From contig CM035354.1 of NCBI GenBank assembly GCA_020137815.1, positions 1,736,001 through 1,800,000 of the forward strand: a stretch of 64,000 nucleotides of DNA, in the 5' to 3' direction. This DNA is from Hormiphora californensis (lineage: Eukaryota; Animalia; Ctenophora). The translations under genes were made by a program, and so were the position numbers. The notes beneath the pieces were generated by a model that was not told the origin of the DNA, ran no database searches, and was given only the letters and a program-made list of their open reading frames with translations. The stretch's first letter is position 1, and every line of letters begins with the position of its first letter. Below are positions 63,887 through 64,000 of this stretch, piece by piece.

Positions 63887-64000
63887 CTGTGTGTGGGGGG
63901 AGTTATATCAGAACACGGAATGAGTCATTGTGCTGTTAGTCACCATGGTAACACCCGAACTGCACTAGCTGCTTCAAGGGCAAGGGCCAGGAGCTACAAA

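Overview
Intron-rich, AT-rich animal genomic DNA. The repeat content resembles what I recall of the ctenophore Pleurobrachia, which I cannot verify here. Most ORFs in the track are repeat or microsatellite artefacts, so I rebuilt genes by hand from GT-AG exons. Eight protein genes result. (1) An intronless secreted Cys-rich orphan (1721-2686 +). (2) A two-exon single-pass membrane orphan (18869-19576 +). (3,4) Two divergently transcribed furin/kexin-family proprotein convertase paralogues (~24940-39250 - and 45964-52900 +). (5) An intronless, motif-degenerate cytosolic sulfotransferase-like gene between them (41582-42625 -). (6-8) A tight co-oriented minus-strand trio: SNRNP40 (5' end outside the window), NDUFA9 and FMC1. 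The rest is at least 15 non-autonomous DNA transposons/MITEs with readable TIRs and TSDs (including a three-level nest in a convertase intron), an L2/CR1-group LINE 3' end, a tRNA-derived head, micro/minisatellites and several low-quality assembly stretches. Most notable: 18-19 bp transposon remnants still flanked by perfect 8-bp TSDs; recurrent tandem duplication of splice junctions and start/stop codons; convertases with altered specificity-pocket residues beside a putative pseudo-sulfotransferase; and an operon-like cluster with splice acceptors just before the ATGs.
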